DNA of 64,000 nt, from NCBI GenBank assembly GCA_964016885.1, contig OZ024743.1, positions 285,696,001-285,760,000 of the forward strand, in the 5' to 3' direction. The position numbers and the translations under genes were made by a program. Below the pieces are notes generated by a model. That model had not been told where the DNA came from, made no database searches, and saw only the letters and a list, made by a program, of their open reading frames with translations. This document shows, one piece after another, positions 24,589 through 36,805 of the stretch. This DNA comes from Eledone cirrhosa. Lineage: Eukaryota. Numbering within the stretch: the first letter of the stretch is position 1; each line of letters starts with the position of its first letter.

Positions 24589-26927
24589 ATACTAGCTCAT
24601 TCCATTGCACAGATGGTTCTATAGAAATAGTGGACACCTTCCGTTACCTGGGTGACAAAATCAGCAGTGGGGGAGGGTGCTCTGAAAGTACAGTAGCTAG
24701 AGTCAGAACGGGATGGAAAAAGTTCAGAGAGCTTATACCACTATTGGCCGCTAAAGGGTTCTCTCTAAAAATGAAAGGCAGGCTGTATGATGCCTGCATA
24801 CGAAAAGCAATGTTACATGGCAGTAAGACCTGGGCATTGTGTGCAGAGGATATATGCAGACTGGAGAGAAACGAAGCTTGTATGCTCCGCTGGATGTGTA
24901 ATAGTAATATACATGAGCGGCAAATCAACATCATCATCACCGTTTTATGTCCGTTCTTCCACGCTAGCACGGGTTAGACGGGTTGTCCTGTTGTGGGCAG
25001 CGTCTGGTCGGCTGACCATGCCTTGCTCATACAGGAACTGATTTGGCTTGATTTCTACAGCTGGATGCCCTTCCTAACACCAACCTCATTTACAGTGAGT
25101 GCTGGGTGCTTTTTCGTGGCGCCTACACGTCCACTTTACCGTGTGGGCTGGGTGCTTTTTTGCCGTGGCACCTCCACGACCACCTTGCAGTGGGGGGTGT
25201 GGGGGCATATTGTCTATATGCTTCAGCTTGTACCCATGGGAGGTCGGGTACTCTGTATTACTGCGTGACGCCAGAGGTCACGGTCGTGTATCATCGCCTT
25301 TGAGAGGTGTAATTGGGTCAGGTCGGCTTTTATCACTTCATCCCAGGTCATCTTGGGTCTCCCTACTCCGCGGTTTCCATCGACTTCTAGTGCTCTGCAC
25401 CTTTTTATGCAGCTGTCATCCTTCATACGCATCACATGTCCATACCAACACAACTGCCTCTCCTGCACACAGCATTTGATTCCTCTTATGCTCAGTCTCT
25501 CTCTCTCAATTCATTTATGCTTTGTCGTTTGCGTATATTACTATTACACATCCATCGGAGCATGCAGGCTTCGTTTCTCTCTAATCTACGTAAGTCTTCC
25601 ACCTTCAGTGCCCAGGTCTCACTACCACGCAACATTGCTGTTCGGATACACGCATCATACAGTCTGCCTTTCATTTTGAGGGAGAAGCCTTTTGCAGCTA
25701 GCAGTGGCAGTAGCTCCCTGAACTTCTTCCATCCCGTTCTTACCCTAGTTATTGTACTTTCTGAACACCCACCTCTGTTGCTAATTCGGTCACCTAGGTA
25801 GCAGAAGCTGTCTACTGTTTCTACAGAGCCCTCCCAGAGATTGGTGGTACTTGTTTCCTGTGGCTGTTTGCTGCTTGCTGTCCCAGCACAGCTGCTGCAT
25901 GTGAAGCCTACATTCTTAATTAAGCTTCCTGAGATCCCGCTACATCTCTTGTGTACCCATTGTTTGCATTTGGGGCAGAGAATGGAGTTCCTACCTACAC
26001 CTTTCCTACATACTGAGCAAGGCCATTTCCCTGAGGGGATCTGGGTTCTGTTTTCTCGTCTACTTACAAGGACCTTAGTCTTTGTCATGTTGACTTTGAG
26101 ACCCTTTCTTTCTAGTGTATAAACAAACTAAGGGAGAAATTAGGAATAAGAGGGATCAGATGTTGTTTACTCGAGAGAAGACTACGTTGGTATGGTCACG
26201 TGATGCGCATGAAAGACGACAGCTGTATAAAAAAGTGCAGGGCGATAAAAATAGACGGTAGCCACGGAGTAGGCAGACACAGAAAAACCTGGGACGACTT
26301 GATAAATTCCGACCTCACACACTTACACCTCTCCAAGATAATGTCACTGGACCGAGAGCTTTGGCGCTACAGTCATACAGAAGACCCGCCTTGCCTAAGT
26401 ACAAATCGAAACCTACAGTCAGTAGGCACCTCTAACAAAATACACCCCGTCCCACTACCCCCACCCCATCTACACCACCCCCTTAAATGTGAAGTTATGT
26501 TGGTACCACAACATCCAGTCCGAAACAAATGAGGTCGTGTAGGGGTCACGACAAAAAAACACACAGTCCACGCTGTAATCTAGCCGTGTAGGTAACATGG
26601 TAAAAACCTCCCAGTCCACACTGTAAACGTGGTTGGTGTTGGGAAGGGCACCCAGCCGTAGAAAACCTGCCAGATGTGTAGGTGTCACGACAAAAAAAAA
26701 CACAGTCCACGCTGTAATGTGGCCGTGTAGGTAACACGGTAAAAACCTCCCAGTCCACACTGTAAACGTGGTTGGTGTTAGGAAGGGCATCCATCCGTAG
26801 AAAACCCGCCAGACAGTCCTATACGAGCAGGACAACCAATCTTACCTCAAGTGGGAAAACTCCCGTCCAAACCCATGCAAGCGTGGAAGATGGACGTTAA
26901 ACGATGATGATGATGATGATGATGATG
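24589..26927 (+). mobile_element. 5'-truncated RTE LINE family A, interrupted by RTE-B
   Basis: RTE ORF2 C-terminal coding sequence at 24589-24924 resumes at 26117; 3'UTR and (GAT)n tail; TSD ATCTCACA at 24581-24588 and 26928-26935. Confidence 0.95.
24925..26116 (-). mobile_element. 5'-truncated RTE LINE family B, nested antisense in RTE-A
   Basis: ORFs 25492-26088 and 25223-25468; highly similar to 56884-58018; own tail at 24925-24940. Confidence 0.95.
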
Positions 26928-26935
26928 ATCTCACA

Positions 26936-27050
26936 TAGTATCGAATCTATGGTTTTGGTATTATCTATTTTGAGAAAAGTACCTAAACAATGGTATGAGT
27001 GGCCAGTTTGAACAGAAAGAGGTGAAAGAATTCTGGCCAGATACAGTCGG
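26936..27050. mobile_element. piggyBac-type MITE family 1, right part
   Basis: TAGTATCGAATCTAT...GTATGAGTGGCCAGTTTGAACAGAAAGAGGTGA matches the reverse complement of 34326-34544 and 53381-53593. Confidence 0.75.
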
Positions 27051-27419
27051 GTGTGCATGCATATATATTTTATTTTTCTCCAAAATGGCTGACTGAATAT
27101 GCACTTGTGTGGTATTTTTTTCCCCCTAAAAAATAATTCCGTTCTTTCCTCTTCTCTCTATCTTTCTATTTCCTCTTTTATATCTCATTCTATCTTCCGA
27201 TAAGGATTAGTGTCCAAAACGTAAAGACACTTTTCCTACTATACCAAGCGTTAAATTATTTCTTGATTGGACTGTGCTGTTTGCTTTGTTATTTCTGTTT
27301 ACTTTTTACAAATATATATATATATATATCAACAGTCAATTGACTTTCATCAAATCGGACCAATGAAACAATGTTTCCATTGGTCTTTCCAATTGCTCAT
27401 ACTATCTATTGGTTGCAAC

Positions 27420-27543
27420 TCCAGATAGGAGCAACGTGAAATAAAGTGTCTTGCCCAAGGACATAACGCATCACCTGATCCGGGAATCGAACGCACAACC
27501 TCACGATTGCGAATCCAATTCTCTAACCACTCAGCCAAGCGCC
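27420..27543 (-). mobile_element. tRNA-derived SINE with CORE/V-like domain
   Basis: Minus strand: A box TGGCTGAGTGG, B box GTTCGATTCC, then GTCCTTGGGCAAGACACTTTATTTCAC. Confidence 0.8.
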
Positions 27544-27589
27544 TTCACACACACATATATATGTTATGTTGGTACCAAAAAATATCCAG

Positions 27590-27810
27590 CCCACACTGTA
27601 AAGCGGTCATGTAAAAGATATGGTAAAAAGCACCCAGCTCACACTGTAAATGTGGTTGGCGCTAGGAAGGGCATCCAAGCATAGAAAACCAGCCAGAAAA
27701 GTCCTATATGAGTGAGACACGGTCACCTCACCCAACTTGCTTCTAAATGGGACAAACCTGTTTAATGCATGCTAGCATGGAAGATGAACGTTAAACGATG
27801 ATGGTAATGA
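27590..27810 (+). mobile_element. RTE 3'UTR/tail fragment
   Basis: CACACTGTAAA..GGTTGGCGCTAGGAAGGGCATCCA and GTTAAACGATGATG end. Confidence 0.7.
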
Positions 27811-30702
27811 TTATATATATATATCATCATCATTTTACGTCCGCTCTTCCCTGCTTGCAAGGGTGGGACATATATATATATAAACTTGAATACTTAACTG
27901 GCGGTCATATGCATTTTTAGGTTTGATTGTTACTATTGTTACTAAAGGTTACTGTTGCTTATAAAAGTTGTTTCTATGTAGATTTGAATGTTTGATTGTG
28001 TCTGTGTGTTTCTAATACACACTCATGTACACACAAATAGACATATGTAATGCTGTTTAAAGATAATGTGTATTAAATGTGTGTGTATCTATAATGCTGC
28101 AGCAGATATTGGTTGGTTGGCCATCAAGCAGGTGCTATATTTGTTCTTTTACAGACCTTTCTTTGTTGTGAACGAGGGAAGGCAGAGAATGTGAGGGTTG
28201 GGGGTGACTAATTTAGATTTTCTTTTTTTTTTTCATTGTATTCTTTTTGTTGGGAAGCAATTGTATTAATATTATCCATGTTTTCATATCCTGTTCAGTC
28301 ACCTTTTAACTCTCTCACTTGCTTCTGCTTCTTTTTTTTCCCCTTCTACTTTTTCTTTTTTCTTCACCTTCTTTGTGCTCATTCTTTGGTTTTGGTTTGA
28401 TCTCATCATTGCGATTTTTCTCTTGAACTTTTCTCCACCTTGCCCTTTTTCTTCCCTTTACCCATTTCTCTTCTGTTTTTCCTTCTCTTGCTTTATTTTG
28501 CTCTTTGCTCGTCCGCCTCCTTCACAGCCACTTTTTTCATCCACTCCTTTATCATCCATAGCCTTGGTTAATTTCTGTTTATCTCTCCTTCACACGATTA
28601 CTCTGTATATTCAATCCCTTCATTTATGTGCTCTCTTTGCTCATGTGTGTTCTATGCTTCTTAACATGACTACATTATATATATACATATCACCATATAT
28701 ACATATCACACACTACTGTCTTAAAAAGGGAAGAACACATTGGGTAAAGTAGTCTTTGATATACTATCTTTGGGTTTAAAAAATGGAACTATCGTGGATG
28801 GAATGCTGTTGATTATATAGGTCTTTTCAATCCAAGCTAAACTCCACCACCATTCTTTCTTACGTCCATCTATTGGTATAACCCATGACAAGGTTAGTAG
28901 CTTTAGTGTAGTTAGTTTGGTTTTGTCTTTCATCATTCAGTAACTGGTAAATTAAGTACTGGTAATTGAGTATTTGCTGTTTCCAATTACTTCACTTGTT
29001 ATCCACCTTAGAAAGCACTTGAATGTCACATCATACGTCTAATGCCAACCCTGTATATTTTGATTTTTATATCAATTTATGAAATTGAAATATTTAATAA
29101 AATTGCATTATTTTTATATTATATTATTTTTATATATAATTGGAAATGAGAATTATATATTTCAATTCTTAAATTGAAAAGATTTGATAGTAAAAACAAA
29201 CAAGATTCTCTATATTTTACATATAATCCTAATTGACAATCCACATGATTTAGCTTGGTTGACACACTACATCCCATATAATTTCATCTGGCTGAAACAC
29301 TGGACCTTGGCTAACACACTCCAGCCCCACATAAATTATCCTGAGTGACACTGGATCCTTGTTCTTTTATTCTAAAGATCATGCATTTCTAGAATATTCA
29401 GGTCTACACACACTTGCTTAAAGGGCAAAAGTAGTAATTCAGCTGTATAACTTTTACAATGTTTCTGTTGTCTATCCCTGACAAGTGGATAGGTGATTAA
29501 AATAGTACCATGTATCCAATGTTTAATTATGTACATTATTTTACCGTTTATTTCATTTAATTTTGACCATTCTATGCTTTTAGAGGGTAAGAAGGCAAAG
29601 TGGATAATGTATTGAACAGCCTACTCATTGTTTCAGTTTTTACTTCTCATCCACTGCTGGCATTTTATTGCATTTCTTTGCAGAATGCTTTGTTTTACAT
29701 TGTCTCAGTTCATCTGGCTTTTTGAGACTGTTACTTCTGATAAACAAACATCTTATCCACAAAAAGAATTTCATGCCATGAAGCAGAAGCTAAGAACCAA
29801 TCCTTAAATGGGGCTTAGGAGACAATTGCATTTACATCAAAGTTTACGTACTAAGCCATTTGTACAAGGAATTTGTTCAAAACACGAGTCTTGTGTAAAA
29901 CCCATCCCACTTTCTTGTACAAGGCACCAGTCCTGCTGGTGTGTAGATATGCCATAAACAAAACAAGTTATGGTTGTTAATGCATTGTCTTTGGTAAAAA
30001 CATGGAAAAATGGACGTAAAAACGATGATGATGATGTCTGTATGTAGTTATGTCTATTCAGTATTCACAGAAGAATCTCCATACTCATATTTTTGTATGT
30101 ATAATGTAAAAATGCAGATGATATTTTCATCTCCATTGTTGAAGGACACTATCAAATATAGTACATTTTTTTTTCTTACTGATAGTGATAAATGTAGTAA
30201 TGTGTTCAAGACTATAAATATATTTTTTCTCTAGTTGAACTTCACTTCATATTGAATTATGAAAATATTTTGAAGCATGCTGTACTGCAACTCTGTATAG
30301 TGTATCACATTCCACACACTAGCCCGAGATATTTACCACAGCCTAGATTAGCTAGATCATTCTTCAGGTGTATTTTTAACATTCTCAGTGAAATCCTGTT
30401 TTCTTTATTTACCTTAAAACTATATTTAATAGCAATTATCATTGAGAGTAACTGAGACAAGCTGCATAACTTCATGTAGCATTTTGTATTACTGCAAAAT
30501 TTCTTTTATTATTTTTATTTAAGCATATTCATTCCCAGACATATCTTATAATGGTTGTCAAAATGTTTCAAGGAGGATACGCTCAGGTGGTTTCCCAGTC
30601 TCTTCACCAGCTAGATATTAAGCCTAAAAATTAAAAAAAGTAAATTGGATTATTGGCATTCATGCTTTTCTCAAGGGCATTAGTGGTGTATGAATATTTA
30701 AC

Positions 30703-30733
<31 letters not shown>

Positions 30734-31594
30734 ACACACGCGTCACATTTTTAATCCAGTTTGAATTATGAAACTATATAAATATCATAAATTGGATTTA
30801 TTTGCAATAAGTCAGGGGTGTGGTAACTGGTAACTATGAAATAGTGAACTGAAATTACAAAAGAGTGGGGTGAGGGGCAGAAGATTCCTATCAGTACTCT
30901 GTAAATAAATACAACTATTTTCATTGGAACGACAGGCTGAACAGCCTATTAACTCTTCCGTTACTATATTTCTATTGAAATACACTGCTAATAATGTTCA
31001 CTTAATCTTGAAAATAAGACTTTTTCTTTTGGTTTTTAAGCTGGTGTTTTAAATTTAAACATAACTAAACAAAATTTTCTTACATAAAATTATAATGGAA
31101 TGTTTAAATTTCAATATGAACACTTTAAAACAAATGATGGTTTTGTATCATAGAATCAGGGAGGTTTCAGGCAATGTGATTTCAGACTTTATCAGTTCTC
31201 ATAGACAAATATCAAAATATTATTTGTATCATTTGTAGAAATTCCTAGAGGAGCTTTTTGCCAAGTATTTAAGTCAAACAAAAGGTAGTTTGTCATAGCT
31301 TTGCTTTGTTTCACAATGCAAGGAGGGAAATCCTTATTTTACAGGATGTTATTTCTATAGTCTCAAAGGAAGATTCTAATGGATAGCATTACAATAAATT
31401 CTAAGTATTTATGTTACTGCTGTTATGAAATTAAATTGTCCGAAGGGAATGTGTTGCTGTTCATAAATAGTGTTTTAATTATAAGATGAAAGGATATTTT
31501 TCAAAGTTGTGTCAAAACCCCCAAAAAGTATGAGCAGTATCATCCCATAGGGTACCAAGTAGAAACTTCTTTTTTATTTATGTAAATGTGCATA

Positions 31595-33080
31595 ATCAAC
31601 AGTGGCTGATAGTGTTAGTGTTAGTATTTGATTCATGAGGACATTGCAAAAAAGCTTGGTATTATGTCATACTCAAAATTATCTCAAAAAGTGCCATCTG
31701 TTGATGGAAACAAACTTAACATAATTGGAAATACAATTCAAAACATTGAAATGAACAATTATTTTGTTGTAAATAAAGGTTGTGTTTGTGAAACCTCTCA
31801 TTCTGCCATTTTGGCATCCTTGCATCATCACTGTTTCTGCCACATATGTTGATCAAAATTGTAATAACATATTTAACAATCTTTCAAAACTTTGAATATT
31901 CACTTAGAAATTTTTCATGTGAAGTCACTCTTTTGAAGAAAGCAAATTCATTAAAGTTGAAATTTATAAACTGCTAGCTGAAGGCATAATTTTACTATTA
32001 AAGCTGCCATGGCACTCACAAGTTGTTGACAAAAGTGGTGGTAAAAAGCATTTAGTGGTTAACTATGTATCTCTTATTAACCCTTTTGTTACCAACCCAG
32101 CCAAAACCAGCTCTGATTCTATGAAATAAAACCACCCATTTTAAAGGTTTCCAATTTAAATTAAAACCATCCAACATAATTTTATATAAGAACCTTACAT
32201 TAAGTTACTATCTTAGTAATGAAATAATTAATAATTTAAATAAATGCCTCAAAATTAGTAATATTTTCAGCCAATTTCATCAATTTAGTACTATTGACCT
32301 TCATTCAAGAGTATCCTTGCCTCTTTGGAAGCGATATGTTAAATTCTTTGAAGCAAATACAAAATTATTTCCATTTACACGTTTGATGTTTGACATTACA
32401 AAGAGAGTGCCAATTTTTAGCTAAGTAACAAAATAAATTGTTAAAGATTAAAAGGGATAGTTCATTATGTGATATAAGAACATAAAAGAATGAACATTTT
32501 CAAGCTTTTCTCAAATATGTCCTAGAGCTAGGGCTCTATCTCAACTCTAAATAATGTAAATTCAGTGTGACTGAATTATTTCTAGGTCATATTTTTAAGG
32601 AAGGCAAGGTGTTGTCAGACACCTATTTCTGTTTCTTGTGCTTGGAAATTCCAAGTCACTTGGGTGTTTCATTAGGTTAATTGTATATTATTCAAAATGG
32701 ATTTTTTTTAAATGTTACTAAGTTGGTTCAGCTTCACTTAAACCTAAACAATATATAGGTTTTCTATAGTCAGTTGAATGTCTTGAAATAATTAAGAAAA
32801 TAAACAACACTGTTGCATCAGATGCCAACATGTTCAATACCTGGTTCACTATTTGCTCTTGAAACAGATATTTATATATCATTATCAAGTTCTGCTCTAA
32901 TGAAAAATGGGCAACTTTATTTGTTTCTATCACAGATTGAATGATATATGACAAAAGAATTATATTGAAAAATGTAACAAAAAGAAATCAATGATAAAAT
33001 GGGGTGAGTGGCTGGCAATTTTCACAACTTCAAATTCTACATAAATATGGTGCTAAAATATCTGGAGTGATTGCTTTACA
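31595..33080 (+). mobile_element. Highly decayed Ty3/gypsy pol (protease, RT, RNase H remnants)
   Basis: Hand translation gives motifs in gypsy order: DSVSVS..IHEDIAKKLG, LLAEGII..LPWHSQVV..GGKKHLVVNY, FSTIDL, FTRLMF, LGLYLNSK*CKFSVTELFLGH, YYSKWI; many stops and frameshifts; no LTRs seen. Confidence 0.7.
32081..32256. mobile_element. piggyBac-type MITE family 2 (one end) inserted in the gypsy RT remnant
   Basis: TTAA|CCCTTTTGTTACCAACC start; homologous to 20513-20742. Confidence 0.75.
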
Positions 33081-33967
33081 ATGAAAGTTTTTCTACCTTT
33101 ACTACATTGTCATTAATGTTATGCATTCTCTGGAAAATATTCCCAACAAATTTTTCTAATTTGAACATTTTAATACATAAATATACTCTGCATGCGTACA
33201 CACACACACCTATATACACAGACATCCTGACTTTTTTTCTGACTTGTATTTTATCTCTCTCTCTTCTACACTATGAATCCTTATACAAAGTTCTCTTGTT
33301 CGATCTCTTACTTTCAACGACTCCCAGCAAGTGAGTGGCCAGAAATAAATGAAAATTTGAGAAACTATAAAAGAAATGAAATGGTTAAGACATTACGTAA
33401 TGGAGTTGTGAAACAAAAACTATACTCTAAACACACTTAAAACATTTTAAACATCAAAATATTAAAAATTTCATAATTTTATTATATTCATGAGAATTTC
33501 AAAACCATGCCATTTAAACATATGTTGATTAACTGCCTTAGCTTATATTTTCTCAAACATCAAATGGGTGGGGGTGGGGCTCGGTTTATATTGAAATATA
33601 TACAGTATTTATATTTATCTAAAAATCATCCATCACAATTTTATGTAAGATTCTTCATGTTTCAAACACCAGCTTAATAATAAGAAAGTTAGTTATATTA
33701 CTAAATCTCTCCAAATTCTTGAATATTTTCAAATTTTGAAAACAGATCAGAAAGCAGCAGCTTTCTTAAATCTGCTATTAAAAAAATGCTAAACTATGCC
33801 GTGAGAGACTACATCTCTATGAAATACAATACACCTGAGAAGAGAGAATTTGGCTGCAGTTGCTTAAGCATACTTTCTGAATTTATGTCAAATGATGAAC
33901 AAATAGATATAATACAAGAAATTATGAAGAGATAGGTCAACCCAGCTTAGATACACAAATTGCTTAC

Positions 33968-33991
33968 CTGAAAAGATTCAGTTGTAATAAC
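33968..33991 (-). CDS. Candidate 24-nt microexon (VITTESFQ in phase 0)
   Basis: Minus strand: ttttcttaatag|GTTATTACAACTGAATCTTTTCAG|gtaagc; length divisible by 3. Confidence 0.3.
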
Positions 33992-34325
33992 CTATTAAGA
34001 AAATACATTACAGATAAAATTAGATTTTGTGATATATGTTTGTTGTTGTTGTTACAGCTTATATCCTTGTAGGTTTAGTTGGTCTTCTGTGTGATATATA
34101 TGCAAAGTTGAAATCTCACTTAATCAAAACTATAACTGGCCAACTTATACTATCAACAAAACCTTAATAGCAACTGATCCTTGATATTGTAAGACCAAGG
34201 CCAATTGCTTAAACAGGCAACACTTACATTTCAACTGTACTCCATTAGTTTACATGTGACCTTTGACATTTGCTTTAAGAAAAGCAACATCTGAAGCTAA
34301 TATTCCCCTTCAATATTCACTTTAA

Positions 34326-34544
34326 CCCTTTAGCATTCAAACCGGCCGTATCCAGCCAGAAATGTCTCACCTCTTTCTGTTCAAATTGGCTGTAATTGGC
34401 CACTCATACTGATGTTAAGGTATTGTTCTCAAGATAAATAACATCAAAATCTCATAGATTCGATATTATGAGATAATTATGTAAGATAAAATGTTTACTA
34501 CCAAAATACTATAGTATATATAGAGTAATCTGAATGCTAAAGGA
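34326..34544. mobile_element. piggyBac-type MITE family 1, complete
   Basis: TTAA|CCCTTTAGCATTCA...TGAATGCTAAAGGA|TTAA (14-bp TIR, 1 mismatch). Confidence 0.88.
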
Positions 34545-36805
34545 TTAAGTGCTCCCAACTTTGTTTATAGTGACTGCAGCACTCAGTTTGAAAGCATTGA
34601 ATTTTTGGAATGTTTTGGTAGAAAGGAGGTCCATAAAACAAGAATAACTCTAGTGCATTTTTCATCGAAATGACAAAATAAACAAGATAATGAAGTGATA
34701 TGGAAAATTCCTTAGTTGCATATAATGCAAACAAACAAGATGATAAAACAGTGAGATGAAGATTTTTTTTTTTTTTAACAAACATTAGATCATTGCCTTC
34801 TATAGCTTTAACCATGTAATCATCTCACAGTGTAATGTTTGACTTTACATGTTGTTCAACCCTGGAAAGCCCCATATGATTTTATCCTTATTTCTTTAAC
34901 AAATCACTTCTTGTAAAATCAGTATACCTTTAAAACATTCAAATATCAGAATATTATCCATTAGTTAAAAATACTAGTGATTGAAGTACTCTCTTACCAC
35001 CATGTTCTAATGAAATTTGTAACAGGGAGGCATCATATGATCTCAATAATATAACACTGAAAACCATTGGTCATGCCATCATCTCTTTTATGTGAAATCA
35101 GCTTCTCATACAGCAATAACAACATAACTGATACTATAATTGCAACAAAGAATTCTAACAGACCAAAAATAAGAAGAAGAATGCCTGCTGATTTGAATGG
35201 TTATATGTTCTAATGATAAACAATGACCACTTTTTGTTGTATTTTGTGTTGTTAATTACCGTTTTTGTGTACCTCTTGAATTACTAACGTTTGACATTTC
35301 TTCTAAATATTCTTCCGCTTGTGTAGTGAATGTAGTATTGGATATTCTCTAATTGCCTCATATTGTTGAGCACTAACAGTAGAATGCTGTGAGATCACGT
35401 ATAGTTTTGCAAGAGTTTAGTGCACATGCATATTGACCTGTAGTAGAACAACTTGGCATTTATTATAAAATGTAGATTAAATGGCTGTCTGTTGATAACA
35501 TTTGTTGAAACACATTTTTGGTTATATAGTCACTCTTTGAAGTAATGGATTACAACACCAGAAAATAAAACAAAACCAAGGTGACGATTCATTCAAAACT
35601 TAACTTCAACTCTAGTGCTTGCTAGATACAATTAAATGTAGGTAAATTAAAAATTAAATTATTCATCTGAACAATTAATGGACAATTGTTTGTTGTTGTT
35701 AATCATCTGAGAGATTTATCTTTACTATTAATTTTGGATAAGAGTTGACTTAAGTCATATTTATTTAACATGTTTGGTAATAATTCATGTAAATGATATC
35801 CTATAACTCACAAAATTGATATTACTATTTATAGCATAAATAATATTATGCAGCTTAGATGAATATAGCTAAGTATCTATGTGATTAATGATACTGCAAA
35901 TATTGCTCTCGCATCTACTGATCTATTAAATGAACATGAACCTTTCATATGAGAAAGCAGAAAATATAATGTACAATAGTTGCCATTTTTTATGGACATA
36001 AATGATATGGGTGAAGTGAAATACCTACAACTGAGAGTATTAAGATTATCAATTGAGATTCATTTATATCTAACCATGTTAAATCTGAGGTGGGATTAGT
36101 CAGTAAGAAAACTTGAAGTAACTTTAATATTAACATTGCGAGCAGGGAAGAGCGGACGTAAAATGATGAGGATGATAACCACCAACATAATATCAATAAT
36201 AAACCAAAGTTACACGATTTGATATTGTTGAATTTTACTACTTAGTACCTAATTTTCTTTACTTTTTAACCTTTCCAGGTCAATTAAAAAAAGTACCAGT
36301 GCCATCGCTTTCTCACTTTCTTTCTCTGGAAAAAATCAGTTGTGTTCAAGCCTGGAGTGGGGGTCGGCTCTGCAAGATTTAAAATACCCCAGACATGCTG
36401 TATATCACTGAAGCGCCCCTATAACTTTATCGGGAGTTACGAGCTCATGCATCAGGTTTCTACCATCTAATGCTACAATTTGCTAAGAACTATAAGTAAT
36501 GATATAATGGTTGCAATGCACACTAAGAAATCTCTAATGATTCTATTGAGTTAAAAAATCATAGCCAACAGCTTCCTTATAGAGCTGTATAACGGTGTAG
36601 AGCTCCACAACTATGTAGGATTATACATCTTAGATGTACTGTACAATAGATTTTCACCTTTGCAGAGATGATGGGTTAGCTATATCAAAAAGTAAAAATG
36701 AATACATTAGACATAGCTCTTAACATCGTATATGACACAATTCTACTCAACACCACAATATCTGAGCTGCACAAAATATTACTAATATTGCCTTTGATAT
36801 GCTAG

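Noticed and set aside
24336-24977. 213-aa ORF that looks like a host-RTE fusion gene
   Set aside because: Chance read-through from AT-rich flank through a MITE half into RTE-A and the RTE-B tail; no support for expression.
27190-27240. Possible Penelope-type hammerhead ribozyme (CCGATAAGG..TCCAAAAC)
   Set aside because: Both core motifs (CTGANGA and GAAA) are mutated and the stems could not be established; at most a dead relic.
27465-27543. tRNA-like sequence
   Set aside because: A and B boxes run directly into a SINE core and no complete acceptor stem is evident; this is a SINE head, not a tRNA gene.
28155-28190. Other isolated acceptor-like sites (28154, 43160, 52949, 54355)
   Set aside because: Donors are weak or no consistent reading-frame chain exists; such sites are expected by chance in T-rich DNA.
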